A DNA stretch of 64,000 nucleotides from Escherichia phage T4: sequence record OL964735.1; one strand, given 5' to 3'. Positions 1 to 11,698 of this stretch are shown here, piece by piece. Position numbers and translations under genes: made by a program. Positions within the stretch are counted from its first letter, which is position 1. Every line of letters begins with the position of its first letter. Under the pieces are notes generated by a model. It was not told the DNA's origin. It made no database searches and saw only the letters and a list, made by a program, of their open reading frames with translations.

Positions 1-15
1 TAAAGAGGATTAAAA

Positions 16-1995
16 ATGACTTTATTATCTCCGGGCATTGAGCTCAAAGAAACTACGGTTCAAAGCACCGTAGTTAATAACTCTACTGGTACAGCAGCTT
101 TGGCCGGTAAATTCCAGTGGGGTCCTGCTTTTCAGATTAAACAGGTTACAAATGAAGTAGATTTAGTTAATACTTTTGGTCAACCAACCGCTGAAACTGC
201 TGACTATTTTATGTCTGCGATGAATTTCTTGCAGTACGGAAATGACTTACGAGTAGTTCGTGCTGTTGATAGAGATACCGCTAAAAACTCATCGCCAATT
301 GCTGGTAATATTGAATACACAATTTCTACCCCAGGTAGTAGCTATGCGGTTGGAGATAAAATCACGGTCAAATATGTTTCAGATGATATTGAAACTGAAG
401 GTAAAATTACTGAAGTAGACGCAGATGGAAAAATTAAGAAAATTAATATTCCTACTGCAAAAATTATCGCTAAAGCGAAAGAAGTCGGTGAATATCCAAC
501 ACTAGGTTCTAACTGGACTGCGGAAATTTCTTCATCTTCCTCTGGTTTAGCTGCAGTAATAACTCTTGGAAAAATTATTACTGATTCTGGTATTTTATTA
601 GCTGAAATTGAAAATGCTGAAGCTGCTATGACAGCGGTTGACTTTCAAGCAAATCTTAAAAAATATGGAATTCCAGGAGTAGTAGCGCTTTATCCAGGCG
701 AATTAGGCGATAAAATTGAAATTGAAATCGTATCTAAAGCTGACTATGCAAAAGGAGCTTCTGCATTACTCCCAATTTATCCAGGTGGTGGTACTCGTGC
801 ATCTACTGCTAAAGCAGTGTTTGGATATGGACCGCAAACTGATTCACAGTACGCTATTATAGTTCGTCGTAATGATGCTATTGTTCAAAGCGTTGTTCTT
901 TCAACTAAGCGTGGTGAAAAAGATATTTACGATAGTAACATCTATATCGATGACTTTTTCGCAAAAGGTGGTTCAGAATATATTTTTGCAACTGCACAAA
1001 ACTGGCCAGAAGGCTTCTCTGGAATTTTAACTCTGTCTGGTGGATTATCATCAAATGCTGAAGTAACAGCAGGAGATTTGATGGAAGCTTGGGACTTCTT
1101 TGCTGACCGTGAATCTGTTGACGTTCAACTGTTTATTGCAGGTTCTTGTGCCGGTGAATCTTTAGAAACAGCATCTACTGTCCAAAAACACGTCGTTTCA
1201 ATTGGGGATGCTCGCCAAGATTGCTTAGTATTGTGCTCTCCTCCGCGTGAAACTGTAGTTGGAATTCCTGTAACCCGTGCTGTTGATAACTTAGTCAATT
1301 GGAGAACTGCGGCAGGTTCATACACTGATAATAACTTTAATATCAGTTCAACCTATGCAGCAATTGATGGTAACTATAAGTATCAGTATGACAAATATAA
1401 TGATGTGAATCGTTGGGTTCCATTAGCAGCTGATATTGCTGGTTTATGCGCAAGAACTGATAACGTATCTCAGACTTGGATGTCTCCAGCTGGTTATAAT
1501 CGTGGTCAGATTCTTAACGTTATTAAACTTGCTATTGAAACTCGCCAGGCTCAGCGCGACCGTTTATACCAAGAAGCTATCAACCCGGTAACCGGTACAG
1601 GTGGTGATGGTTACGTATTGTATGGTGATAAAACAGCTACTTCTGTTCCTTCTCCATTTGATCGTATTAACGTTCGTCGTCTGTTTAATATGTTGAAAAC
1701 GAATATCGGACGTAGTTCAAAATATCGTTTGTTCGAATTAAACAACGCGTTTACTCGTTCATCATTCCGCACAGAAACTGCCCAGTACTTACAGGGAATT
1801 AAAGCTCTCGGTGGAATTTATGAATATCGTGTAGTTTGCGATACAACAAATAACACTCCGTCAGTAATTGATAGAAATGAGTTTGTTGCAACATTCTACA
1901 TCCAACCGGCTAGAAGCATTAACTACATTACCTTAAACTTCGTAGCAACTGCTACTGGTGCAGATTTCGATGAGTTAACTGGTCTTGCTGGTTAA
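16..1995 (+). CDS. 18: tail sheath protein (T4 gp18)
   Basis: 659-aa ORF; sequence and length match recalled T4 gp18; GAGGA RBS at 5-9. Confidence 0.95.
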   Translation: MTLLSPGIELKETTVQSTVVNNSTGTAALAGKFQWGPAFQIKQVTNEVDLVNTFGQPTAETADYFMSAMNFLQYGNDLRVVRAVDRDTAKNSSPIAGNIEYTISTPGSSYAVGDKITVKYVSDDIETEGKITEVDADGKIKKINIPTAKIIAKAKEVGEYPTLGSNWTAEISSSSSGLAAVITLGKIITDSGILLAEIENAEAAMTAVDFQANLKKYGIPGVVALYPGELGDKIEIEIVSKADYAKGASALLPIYPGGGTRASTAKAVFGYGPQTDSQYAIIVRRNDAIVQSVVLSTKRGEKDIYDSNIYIDDFFAKGGSEYIFATAQNWPEGFSGILTLSGGLSSNAEVTAGDLMEAWDFFADRESVDVQLFIAGSCAGESLETASTVQKHVVSIGDARQDCLVLCSPPRETVVGIPVTRAVDNLVNWRTAAGSYTDNNFNISSTYAAIDGNYKYQYDKYNDVNRWVPLAADIAGLCARTDNVSQTWMSPAGYNRGQILNVIKLAIETRQAQRDRLYQEAINPVTGTGGDGYVLYGDKTATSVPSPFDRINVRRLFNMLKTNIGRSSKYRLFELNNAFTRSSFRTETAQYLQGIKALGGIYEYRVVCDTTNNTPSVIDRNEFVATFYIQPARSINYITLNFVATATGADFDELTGLAG

Positions 1996-2011
1996 TACGG
2001 TGCATTCTAAA

Positions 2012-2029
2012 GGCCTGTTTCGGCAGGCC
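2012..2029 (+). terminator. hairpin after gene 18 (GGCCTG/CAGGCC stem), no T-run
   Basis: 6-bp GC stem 17 nt after gene 18 stop; followed directly by late-promoter motif. Confidence 0.35.
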
Positions 2030-2030
2030 A

Positions 2031-2038
2031 TATAAATA
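2031..2038 (+). promoter_or_regulatory. late promoter motif TATAAATA
   Basis: exact TATAAATA between genes 18 and 19. Confidence 0.6.
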
Positions 2039-2089
2039 CACTATATCCTTAATTCTTTAATTCTATATGCCCTAGGTTAAACATAGGGA

Positions 2090-2097
2090 TATAAATA
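2090..2097 (+). promoter_or_regulatory. late promoter motif TATAAATA (gene 19 proximal)
   Basis: exact TATAAATA 15 nt upstream of gene 19 ATG. Confidence 0.65.
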
Positions 2098-2111
2098 CTA
2101 CAGAGGCTAAT

Positions 2112-2603
2112 ATGTTTGTAGATGATGTAACACGAGCGTTTGAATCTGGTGATTTTGCTCGACCTAACTTATTCCAAGTAGAAATTTCTTATCTTGGACA
2201 AAATTTTACGTTCCAATGTAAAGCTACTGCTCTACCAGCTGGTATTGTAGAAAAAATTCCAGTCGGATTTATGAACCGTAAAATTAACGTAGCAGGCGAT
2301 CGTACATTCGATGACTGGACTGTTACAGTAATGAACGATGAAGCTCATGATGCTCGTCAGAAGTTCGTTGATTGGCAAAGCATTGCTGCGGGGCAAGGAA
2401 ACGAAATTACTGGTGGAAAACCTGCAGAGTATAAAAAGAGCGCTATCGTTCGTCAATATGCTCGTGACGCTAAAACAGTAACAAAAGAAATTGAAATTAA
2501 AGGTCTGTGGCCTACTAACGTGGGTGAACTTCAATTAGATTGGGATTCAAACAATGAAATCCAAACTTTTGAAGTAACTCTTGCTCTCGATTATTGGGAA
2601 TAA
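2112..2603 (+). CDS. 19: tail tube protein (T4 gp19)
   Basis: 163-aa ORF matching recalled gp19 length and sequence. Confidence 0.95.
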   Translation: MFVDDVTRAFESGDFARPNLFQVEISYLGQNFTFQCKATALPAGIVEKIPVGFMNRKINVAGDRTFDDWTVTVMNDEAHDARQKFVDWQSIAAGQGNEITGGKPAEYKKSAIVRQYARDAKTVTKEIEIKGLWPTNVGELQLDWDSNNEIQTFEVTLALDYWE

Positions 2604-2610
2604 AATGAAT

Positions 2611-2624
2611 GGGGAGAAATCCCC
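2611..2624 (+). terminator. GAAA-tetraloop hairpin after gene 19
   Basis: GGGGA-GAAA-TCCCC; no T-run, weak terminator. Confidence 0.35.
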
Positions 2625-2635
2625 ATCCTGCTTAA

Positions 2636-4260
<1,625 letters not shown>

Positions 4261-4261
<1 letters not shown>

Positions 4262-4503
4262 TGGAAGGTTTAATTGAAGCTATTAAATCAAACGACCTCG
4301 TAGCCGCTCGTAAATTATTTGCTGAAGCCATGGCTGCAAGAACGATTGATTTAATTAAAGAAGAAAAAATCGCTATCGCTCGCAATTTCTTAATCGAAGG
4401 TGAAGAACCTGAAGACGAGGATGAAGATGAAGATGACGAAGATAGTGATGATAAAGACGACAAAAAAGACGAAGACTCTGACGAAGACGAGGATGATGAA
4501 TAA
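4261..4503 (+). CDS. 67: prohead core protein (T4 gp67) with poly-acidic C-terminus
   Basis: 80-aa ORF, ATGA-type overlap with gene 20 stop; D/E-rich tail. Confidence 0.85.
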
Positions 4504-4928
4504 TGCTTCTGATCCCTGAAACTCATGAATTAGTTCTCGAGAATGTCGAAGCACTTATTCCTGAAGCACAGGGTCGCTTTGACGAATTGTCTTCTGCTTT
4601 AAATAAAGACGATATAAATACAATTGTCGAGAATATGCTTGATGATGAAACTGATTTAGCGGTTGCATTAGCTTCTATTAATGAAAATATGCCGTTAAAT
4701 GAATTCATCGTTAAACATGTTTCTGCCCGTGGTGAAATTACTCGCACTAAAGACCGCAAAACGCGTGAACGAAATGCATTTCAAACCACTGGGCTGTCTA
4801 AAGCAAAACGTAGACAAATTGCTCGTAAAGCTACCAAAACGAAGATTGCCAATCCAGCAGGTCAATCTCGTGCTCAGCGTAAGCGTAAAAAAGCTCTTAA
4901 ACGCCGTAAAGCATTAGGATTAAGCTAA
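4503..4928 (+). CDS. 68: prohead core protein (T4 gp68), basic C-terminus
   Basis: 141-aa ORF, start overlaps gene 67 stop. Confidence 0.85.
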
Positions 4929-5566
4929 TGAATGAACCCCAATTACTAATTGAAACTTGGGGTCAACCTGGCGAAATTATTGATGGCGTACCAATGCTTG
5001 AATCTCATGATGGAAAAGACTTAGGTTTAAAACCGGGTTTATACATCGAAGGAATATTCATGCAAGCGGAAGTCGTCAATAGAAATAAACGTCTTTATCC
5101 AAAACGTATATTAGAAAAAGCGGTAAAAGACTATATTAATGAGCAAGTTTTAACTAAACAAGCTCTCGGAGAATTAAATCATCCTCCACGCGCTAATGTT
5201 GACCCGATGCAAGCCGCTATCATTATAGAAGATATGTGGTGGAAAGGAAATGACGTATACGGACGAGCTCGTGTTATTGAAGGTGACCATGGTCCTGGAG
5301 ATAAATTAGCAGCTAATATTCGTGCCGGATGGATTCCAGGAGTTTCTTCTCGTGGATTAGGTTCATTGACTGACACAAATAAAGGTTATCGTATCGTAAA
5401 CGAAGGATTCAAATTAACTGTAGGTGTTGATGCAGTATGGGGTCCAAGTGCTCCAGATGCATGGGTAACTCCTAAGGAAATTACCGAATCACAGACGGCG
5501 GAAGCCGATACAAGTGCCGATGACGCCTATATGGCTCTCGCAGAGGCCATGAAAAAAGCGTTATAA
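4928..5566 (+). CDS. 21: prohead core scaffold protein and protease (T4 gp21)
   Basis: 212-aa ORF, sequence recognised as gp21. Confidence 0.93.
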   Translation: MNEPQLLIETWGQPGEIIDGVPMLESHDGKDLGLKPGLYIEGIFMQAEVVNRNKRLYPKRILEKAVKDYINEQVLTKQALGELNHPPRANVDPMQAAIIIEDMWWKGNDVYGRARVIEGDHGPGDKLAANIRAGWIPGVSSRGLGSLTDTNKGYRIVNEGFKLTVGVDAVWGPSAPDAWVTPKEITESQTAEADTSADDAYMALAEAMKKAL

Positions 5567-5569
5567 ATA
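5562..5569 (+). promoter_or_regulatory. late promoter TATAAATA for gene 22
   Basis: motif overlaps gene 21 stop codon, 27 nt upstream of gene 22 ATG. Confidence 0.65.
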
Positions 5570-5596
5570 TTATTATCTAAACAACAGGACTACAAA

Positions 5597-6406
5597 ATGC
5601 TTAAAGAACAACTGATTGCCGAAGCGCAGAAAATTGATGCTTCCGTTGCTCTTGATAGTATTTTCGAATCAGTTAATATTTCTCCGGAAGCAAAAGAAAC
5701 TTTCGGCACTGTATTCGAAGCTACCGTCAAGCAGCACGCCGTTAAATTAGCTGAATCTCATATCGCTAAAATTGCTGAAAAAGCAGAAGAAGAAGTAGAA
5801 AAAAATAAAGAAGAAGCCGAAGAAAAAGCTGAGAAGAAAATCGCTGAGCAAGCTTCTAAATTCATTGACCATCTTGCAAAAGAATGGCTCGCTGAAAATA
5901 AATTAGCAGTTGATAAAGGCATCAAAGCCGAACTGTTTGAATCCATGCTTGGTGGATTAAAAGAGCTCTTTGTTGAACACAACGTTGTTGTTCCAGAAGA
6001 ATCAGTTGATGTTGTAGCTGAAATGGAAGAAGAGCTGCAAGAACATAAAGAAGAATCAGCTCGTCTGTTCGAAGAACTCAATATGCGCGACGCATATATC
6101 AATTATGTGCAGCGTGAAGTGGCATTGAGCGAAAGTACTAAAGATCTGACTGAGTCTCAAAAAGAAAAAGTCTCTGCTCTGGTCGAAGGTATGGATTATT
6201 CAGATGCATTCTCAAGTAAATTGAGTGCAATCGTAGAAATGGTGAAGAAATCTAATAAAGATGAAAGCACTATTACTGAGAGTATAAATACTCCTGATAC
6301 TGAAGCAGCCGGACTGAATTTCGTCACTGAAGCTGTAGAAGATAAAGCTGCACAGGGTGCAGAAGATATTGTAAGTGTATATGCGAAAGTCGCATCTCGT
6401 TTCTAA
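5597..6406 (+). CDS. 22: prohead core scaffold protein (T4 gp22)
   Basis: 269-aa E/K-rich coiled-coil-like ORF. Confidence 0.93.
   Translation: MLKEQLIAEAQKIDASVALDSIFESVNISPEAKETFGTVFEATVKQHAVKLAESHIAKIAEKAEEEVEKNKEEAEEKAEKKIAEQASKFIDHLAKEWLAENKLAVDKGIKAELFESMLGGLKELFVEHNVVVPEESVDVVAEMEEELQEHKEESARLFEELNMRDAYINYVQREVALSESTKDLTESQKEKVSALVEGMDYSDAFSSKLSAIVEMVKKSNKDESTITESINTPDTEAAGLNFVTEAVEDKAAQGAEDIVSVYAKVASRF
6283..6290 (+). promoter_or_regulatory. late promoter TATAAATA (P23) inside 3' end of gene 22
   Basis: exact motif about 135 nt upstream of gene 23 ATG, within gene 22 coding sequence. Confidence 0.7.
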
Positions 6407-6424
6407 TTTTAAAGGTTAACACAA

Positions 6425-7990
6425 ATGACTATCAAAACTAAAGCTGAACTTTTGAACAAATGGAAGCCATTACTGGAAGGTGAAGGTTTACCGGAAATTG
6501 CTAATAGCAAACAAGCGATTATCGCTAAAATCTTTGAAAACCAGGAAAAAGATTTCCAGACAGCTCCGGAATATAAAGACGAAAAAATTGCTCAGGCATT
6601 CGGTTCTTTCTTAACAGAAGCTGAAATCGGTGGTGACCACGGTTACAATGCTACCAACATCGCTGCAGGTCAGACTTCTGGCGCAGTAACTCAGATTGGC
6701 CCAGCTGTTATGGGTATGGTACGTCGTGCTATTCCTAACCTGATTGCTTTCGATATTTGTGGTGTTCAGCCGACGAACAGCCCGACTGGCCAGGTATTCG
6801 CACTGCGCGCAGTATATGGTAAAGACCCAGTGGCTGCCGGTGCTAAAGAAGCATTCCACCCAATGTATGGTCCAGATGCAATGTTCTCTGGTCAGGGTGC
6901 TGCTAAGAAATTCCCAGCTCTGGCTGCTAGCACACAAACCACAGTAGGTGATATCTATACTCACTTCTTCCAGGAAACTGGTACTGTATATCTGCAAGCT
7001 TCTGTTCAAGTAACAATCGATGCTGGTGCGACTGATGCTGCTAAATTAGATGCTGAAATTAAGAAACAAATGGAAGCTGGTGCACTGGTAGAAATCGCTG
7101 AAGGTATGGCTACTTCTATCGCTGAACTCCAGGAAGGTTTCAATGGTTCTACCGATAACCCATGGAATGAAATGGGCTTCCGTATCGATAAGCAAGTTAT
7201 CGAAGCTAAATCTCGTCAGCTGAAAGCTGCTTACTCTATTGAATTAGCACAAGACCTCCGCGCTGTTCACGGTATGGATGCTGATGCTGAACTGTCTGGT
7301 ATTCTGGCTACAGAAATTATGCTGGAAATCAACCGTGAAGTTGTTGATTGGATTAACTACTCAGCTCAGGTTGGTAAATCTGGTATGACCCTGACTCCGG
7401 GTTCTAAAGCTGGTGTATTTGACTTCCAGGACCCAATTGATATTCGTGGTGCTCGCTGGGCGGGTGAATCCTTTAAAGCTCTGTTGTTCCAGATTGACAA
7501 AGAAGCAGTTGAAATTGCTCGTCAGACCGGTCGTGGTGAAGGTAACTTCATTATCGCTTCCCGTAACGTAGTTAACGTTCTGGCTTCAGTTGATACCGGC
7601 ATTTCTTATGCTGCACAGGGTCTGGCTACCGGCTTTAACACTGATACTACCAAGTCAGTATTTGCTGGTGTTCTGGGTGGTAAATACCGCGTATATATCG
7701 ACCAGTATGCTAAACAGGATTATTTCACTGTAGGTTATAAAGGTCCGAACGAAATGGATGCTGGTATTTACTATGCTCCATATGTAGCTCTGACTCCGCT
7801 GCGTGGTTCCGATCCGAAGAACTTCCAACCGGTAATGGGATTCAAAACTCGTTACGGTATCGGTATCAACCCATTTGCAGAATCCGCTGCTCAGGCTCCG
7901 GCTTCTCGCATCCAGAGCGGTATGCCTTCTATTCTGAATAGCCTTGGTAAAAACGCTTACTTTAGACGTGTATATGTTAAAGGTATCTAA
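6425..7990 (+). CDS. 23: major capsid protein (T4 gp23)
   Basis: 521-aa ORF, recognised gp23 sequence; codon usage typical of highly expressed gene. Confidence 0.97.
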   Translation: MTIKTKAELLNKWKPLLEGEGLPEIANSKQAIIAKIFENQEKDFQTAPEYKDEKIAQAFGSFLTEAEIGGDHGYNATNIAAGQTSGAVTQIGPAVMGMVRRAIPNLIAFDICGVQPTNSPTGQVFALRAVYGKDPVAAGAKEAFHPMYGPDAMFSGQGAAKKFPALAASTQTTVGDIYTHFFQETGTVYLQASVQVTIDAGATDAAKLDAEIKKQMEAGALVEIAEGMATSIAELQEGFNGSTDNPWNEMGFRIDKQVIEAKSRQLKAAYSIELAQDLRAVHGMDADAELSGILATEIMLEINREVVDWINYSAQVGKSGMTLTPGSKAGVFDFQDPIDIRGARWAGESFKALLFQIDKEAVEIARQTGRGEGNFIIASRNVVNVLASVDTGISYAAQGLATGFNTDTTKSVFAGVLGGKYRVYIDQYAKQDYFTVGYKGPNEMDAGIYYAPYVALTPLRGSDPKNFQPVMGFKTRYGIGINPFAESAAQAPASRIQSGMPSILNSLGKNAYFRRVYVKGI

Positions 7991-8016
7991 TCTCTAACGA
8001 TAGAAACACAATTTTA

Positions 8017-8039
8017 GGGAACCTTCGGGTTCCCTTTTT
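8017..8039 (+). terminator. intrinsic terminator after gene 23
   Basis: GGGAACC-TTCG-GGTTCCC hairpin followed by TTTTT. Confidence 0.75.
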
Positions 8040-8714
8040 CTATTTTATACGATAGCAATCAGGCATATCATCCGCATTTATCCAATTGCGAATAGTTTTA
8101 GGACTAACTTTAAAATGCTCCGCTGCGTAATCAGGATTATCAAATTTAACGCCCTTTATACATATTGGAATAAATTTTTTAATACCACCAAGTTTTTCAG
8201 AAATAGCTTTACGATGTGAAATCGATATAGGTTTGTTTTTTCGTGGATGAACATGTGTTTTATAATATTCATTGCGCCCTTTAACTCGCTTCGCAATAGT
8301 TTCATCAGATTGCTTAACGCCTGTTTTTGCCTTTGATATTTTTCGTTTAGCTTCCACAGTCATTCCTTCTTTTGTTCGTATTGATAACATATTACGATAT
8401 GAAGGATCTTGCAAATGAACTATAACTGGATTTCCTCTGCCACCAATAGCAGCATTATAGGTATCAGTTCTCATAACGAATTCCTCATTAACTAGTAAAG
8501 CTTCCATTTTATACATCTCCTCAGATGAGGAGAAAGAATAAAGAATTTCTTTTTTAAAGTTATGAATACCATATTTTTTGATGGATTTTTTGATGTTTAC
8601 GCCAGAACCCATATAACCATCGTTTTCGTCAAGAGTAGCATGAGCTCCGATGTAAATTTTTCCATTGATGATATTAGTAATTTGATATATTAAATATTTC
8701 ATTTTAAACATCAC
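8040..8714 (-). CDS. segD: GIY-YIG homing endonuclease-like protein (SegD-like)
   Basis: 224-aa ORF with N-terminal YLIYQITN...NGKIYIGA GIY-YIG motif; sits between genes 23 and 24 on opposite strand. Confidence 0.8.
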   Translation of the reverse strand: MMFKMKYLIYQITNIINGKIYIGAHATLDENDGYMGSGVNIKKSIKKYGIHNFKKEILYSFSSSEEMYKMEALLVNEEFVMRTDTYNAAIGGRGNPVIVHLQDPSYRNMLSIRTKEGMTVEAKRKISKAKTGVKQSDETIAKRVKGRNEYYKTHVHPRKNKPISISHRKAISEKLGGIKKFIPICIKGVKFDNPDYAAEHFKVSPKTIRNWINADDMPDCYRIK

Positions 8715-8766
8715 TCCGTTTGTATATGATTATAATATCATATTACTTTGGTCTTGTAAATAACTT

Positions 8767-8774
8767 TATAAATA
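8767..8774 (+). promoter_or_regulatory. late promoter TATAAATA for gene 24
   Basis: exact motif 27 nt upstream of ATG 8802. Confidence 0.7.
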
Positions 8775-8801
8775 GTATTATATTTCAACAAGGAAAATAC
8801 A

Positions 8802-10085
8802 ATGGCTAAAATCAACGAACTTCTGCGCGAATCAACCACAACGAATAGCAACTCAATCGGTCGCCCAAATCTCGTTGCTTTGACTCGCGCTACCACTAAA
8901 TTAATATATTCTGACATTGTAGCAACGCAAAGAACTAATCAACCTGTTGCTGCTTTTTATGGTATCAAATACCTTAACCCAGACAACGAATTTACATTTA
9001 AAACTGGTGCTACTTACGCTGGCGAAGCTGGATATGTAGACCGAGAACAAATCACAGAATTAACAGAAGAGTCTAAATTAACTCTCAATAAAGGCGATTT
9101 ATTCAAATATAATAATATCGTTTATAAAGTATTAGAAGATACTCCATTTGCTACTATCGAAGAAAGTGATTTAGAATTAGCTCTTCAGATTGCAATCGTT
9201 CTTTTAAAGGTTCGTCTATTTTCTGACGCAGCGTCAACAAGCAAATTTGAAAGCTCTGATAGTGAAATTGCGGATGCTAGATTCCAGATTAATAAATGGC
9301 AAACTGCAGTTAAATCTCGTAAACTTAAAACTGGCATCACAGTTGAATTAGCGCAAGATTTAGAAGCAAATGGATTCGATGCTCCTAATTTCTTGGAAGA
9401 TTTGCTTGCAACTGAAATGGCAGATGAAATCAATAAAGACATTCTGCAGTCTTTGATTACAGTGTCAAAACGCTATAAAGTTACAGGAATTACTGATAGT
9501 GGATTCATCGATTTGAGTTATGCATCTGCTCCTGAAGCTGGTCGTTCATTATACCGAATGGTATGTGAAATGGTTTCGCATATCCAAAAAGAATCAACTT
9601 ATACAGCAACGTTCTGTGTTGCTTCAGCTCGTGCCGCTGCGATTCTTGCTGCATCAGGCTGGTTAAAACATAAACCAGAAGATGACAAATATCTTTCACA
9701 AAATGCCTACGGGTTCTTAGCTAATGGTTTACCGCTTTATTGCGATACTAACAGCCCATTAGATTATGTAATCGTTGGCGTAGTAGAAAATATCGGTGAA
9801 AAAGAAATTGTTGGATCAATTTTCTATGCTCCGTATACAGAAGGTCTCGACTTAGATGACCCTGAACATGTAGGTGCATTTAAAGTTGTTGTTGATCCAG
9901 AAAGCTTACAACCATCTATCGGTTTATTAGTTAGATATGCTTTATCAGCAAATCCTTATACTGTAGCAAAAGATGAAAAAGAAGCAAGAATAATTGACGG
10001 TGGAGACATGGATAAAATGGCAGGTCGTTCAGATTTGTCTGTTTTATTAGGTGTTAAGCTACCAAAAATTATCATTGATGAATAA
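8802..10085 (+). CDS. 24: capsid vertex protein (T4 gp24)
   Basis: 427-aa ORF, recognised gp24 sequence. Confidence 0.95.
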   Translation: MAKINELLRESTTTNSNSIGRPNLVALTRATTKLIYSDIVATQRTNQPVAAFYGIKYLNPDNEFTFKTGATYAGEAGYVDREQITELTEESKLTLNKGDLFKYNNIVYKVLEDTPFATIEESDLELALQIAIVLLKVRLFSDAASTSKFESSDSEIADARFQINKWQTAVKSRKLKTGITVELAQDLEANGFDAPNFLEDLLATEMADEINKDILQSLITVSKRYKVTGITDSGFIDLSYASAPEAGRSLYRMVCEMVSHIQKESTYTATFCVASARAAAILAASGWLKHKPEDDKYLSQNAYGFLANGLPLYCDTNSPLDYVIVGVVENIGEKEIVGSIFYAPYTEGLDLDDPEHVGAFKVVVDPESLQPSIGLLVRYALSANPYTVAKDEKEARIIDGGDMDKMAGRSDLSVLLGVKLPKIIIDE

Positions 10086-10090
10086 AACAA

Positions 10091-10112
10091 AGGGACCTTT
10101 CGGTCCCTTTTT
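10091..10112. terminator. bidirectional intrinsic terminator between gene 24 and rnlB
   Basis: AGGGACC-TTTC-GGTCCCT hairpin flanked by T-runs on both strands; convergent genes. Confidence 0.75.
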
Positions 10113-10114
10113 AT

Positions 10115-11119
10115 TTAACTTACCAACTCAATCCAAGCTGGACGAAGTACATCTTGTACCATTTTAACTAATTCCTTTTTAATCAAAGAAGGATTATCTG
10201 CTTGAGTTAGAGTAATACCTTCACGAGAAGTTTCTTCCAAAATATCTTGAACAGTTAGCCCCATCACCTTTCCAAAATCCTTTGGACCAATTTCGCCAAT
10301 TTTAGAAATAACGTTATTTACGCGGTTCAGTGTAACGTAACAAGCTAAAATTCCCACCAATTTGTTATCAGCTTCTGATAGCTCAACTTTAGCTTTAATA
10401 GGCTTATCAGACTTTTTCTTTTCACTAAATTTAGAGTTCTTGCATTTAATCGCTACACGATTTCCATTACGAAGCCAAGAAGGATAACAAGGTTTCAATA
10501 CATATCCTTCAGCAGTAAATACTTCGCCTTTTGCTTCGGCATTCCAAACGCATTTATTTGCATCAACTAATCCAGCATGGTCTACTGTAAAATTATAATC
10601 TTGGACGACAGAATCTAAATCATTTGGCAATTTAATAAGCTCTTCAAATTTACCGCGACCTAAAAGTGGAGCCATTTTAAATTTAAATGTATTACAGAAT
10701 GATTCCATCATATAATCATCTACATAAGTCACATCACCGCTTTCTGTAGTAACAATAATGTCAAATACATAAAAATCTTTATCACCATAATCAACATTCT
10801 TCTGAATGCCAGGTCCAGCGAATTCGCCAAAGACTTGATAAGATACAACCGCTGAGGTTTCCATAATATCTTGTACAGCTTTAATGGAATCAGCATAATT
10901 CTTCAAAATAATTTCATACCCAAAGAAATCTTCAGCAGGAAGAATCGGTCCAGTGCGTTTAGCGCAAGTCACTTTATCACGCTCAATAATCAATGAGAAA
11001 TTTGTGCCGTGAATCTTTTCACGAGCTACCCACTCCCCACCAGTCAATCCCAAGCTATAAAGTTTTTCAATAAATTTAGAGTTGTAATGATTTTCAAGAC
11101 TGCTATACTTTTTAAACAT
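10115..11119 (-). CDS. rnlB: RNA ligase 2
   Basis: 334-aa ORF; nucleotidyltransferase motif I lysine in EKIHGTNFS. Confidence 0.93.
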   Translation of the reverse strand: MFKKYSSLENHYNSKFIEKLYSLGLTGGEWVAREKIHGTNFSLIIERDKVTCAKRTGPILPAEDFFGYEIILKNYADSIKAVQDIMETSAVVSYQVFGEFAGPGIQKNVDYGDKDFYVFDIIVTTESGDVTYVDDYMMESFCNTFKFKMAPLLGRGKFEELIKLPNDLDSVVQDYNFTVDHAGLVDANKCVWNAEAKGEVFTAEGYVLKPCYPSWLRNGNRVAIKCKNSKFSEKKKSDKPIKAKVELSEADNKLVGILACYVTLNRVNNVISKIGEIGPKDFGKVMGLTVQDILEETSREGITLTQADNPSLIKKELVKMVQDVLRPAWIELVS

Positions 11120-11128
11120 AATTAATCC

Positions 11129-11407
11129 TCAAAATGTAATTTCTAACCAATCACCATCACGCTGATCACTATTGACTTTAAAGCTGAATCCTTCTTTTCT
11201 CAGCCAATCACCAATTTCTTCTGTAATCAATTTATCACGAGCAATACAATAATAATTAAAATGTGTTTTACCTTGTTCAGCTGCTTTATTAGCAAGTTCT
11301 GAAAAATCTTTAATAAAACACTCTAGCTTAAACTGTTTACTTTTTAATGCTTTTTCGCGTAATTGATTAGCAAAAGATTCATTTTCATAAAGATCATACT
11401 GTTCCAT
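11129..11407 (-). CDS. hypothetical protein (T4 24.2 position)
   Basis: 92-aa ORF in conserved position. Confidence 0.7.
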   Translation of the reverse strand: MEQYDLYENESFANQLREKALKSKQFKLECFIKDFSELANKAAEQGKTHFNYYCIARDKLITEEIGDWLRKEGFSFKVNSDQRDGDWLEITF

Positions 11408-11609
11408 TTTTCACCTTTTTATTGATATGTCTTTTTCTATAGACAACTTTTTCTCGAGTTTCAAATTTATTCTTAGCAGTCATAGCTCGAGCCCATAATA
11501 CAGCCACTTCTTTTGCCTGTAAGTTTAATTCACGAGCAATTTCAATGAATGACTTTCCAGACTCATGAAGAGTAAACACCACAACCTCAGTTCTCATAAT
11601 CAATCTCAT
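11394..11609 (-). CDS. hypothetical small protein, possible HTH (T4 24.3 position)
   Basis: 71-aa ORF overlapping the next ORF by 14 nt. Confidence 0.65.
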   Translation of the reverse strand: MRLIMRTEVVVFTLHESGKSFIEIARELNLQAKEVAVLWARAMTAKNKFETREKVVYRKRHINKKVKNGTV

Positions 11610-11677
11610 GTTATCGAGTTGGTGCCATTATATACATCATTTTCTGATTGTGTTTTGTGTGCTTTCAAAATGAAGAA

Positions 11678-11693
11678 AGGGGCCGAAGCCCCT
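11678..11693 (-). terminator. intrinsic terminator after hoc
   Basis: GGGGC-TTCG-GCCCC hairpin on minus strand followed by TTTCTTCATTTT. Confidence 0.6.
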
Positions 11694-11698
11694 TATGA

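Noticed and set aside
5758-6102. 114-aa Ser/Ala-rich minus-strand ORF inside gene 22
   Set aside because: Antisense of the Glu/Lys-rich scaffold gene; no independent support
11655-11670. Plus-strand TGCTTTCA resembling a MotA box
   Set aside because: No -10 element at the required spacing downstream; it lies inside the hoc terminator region
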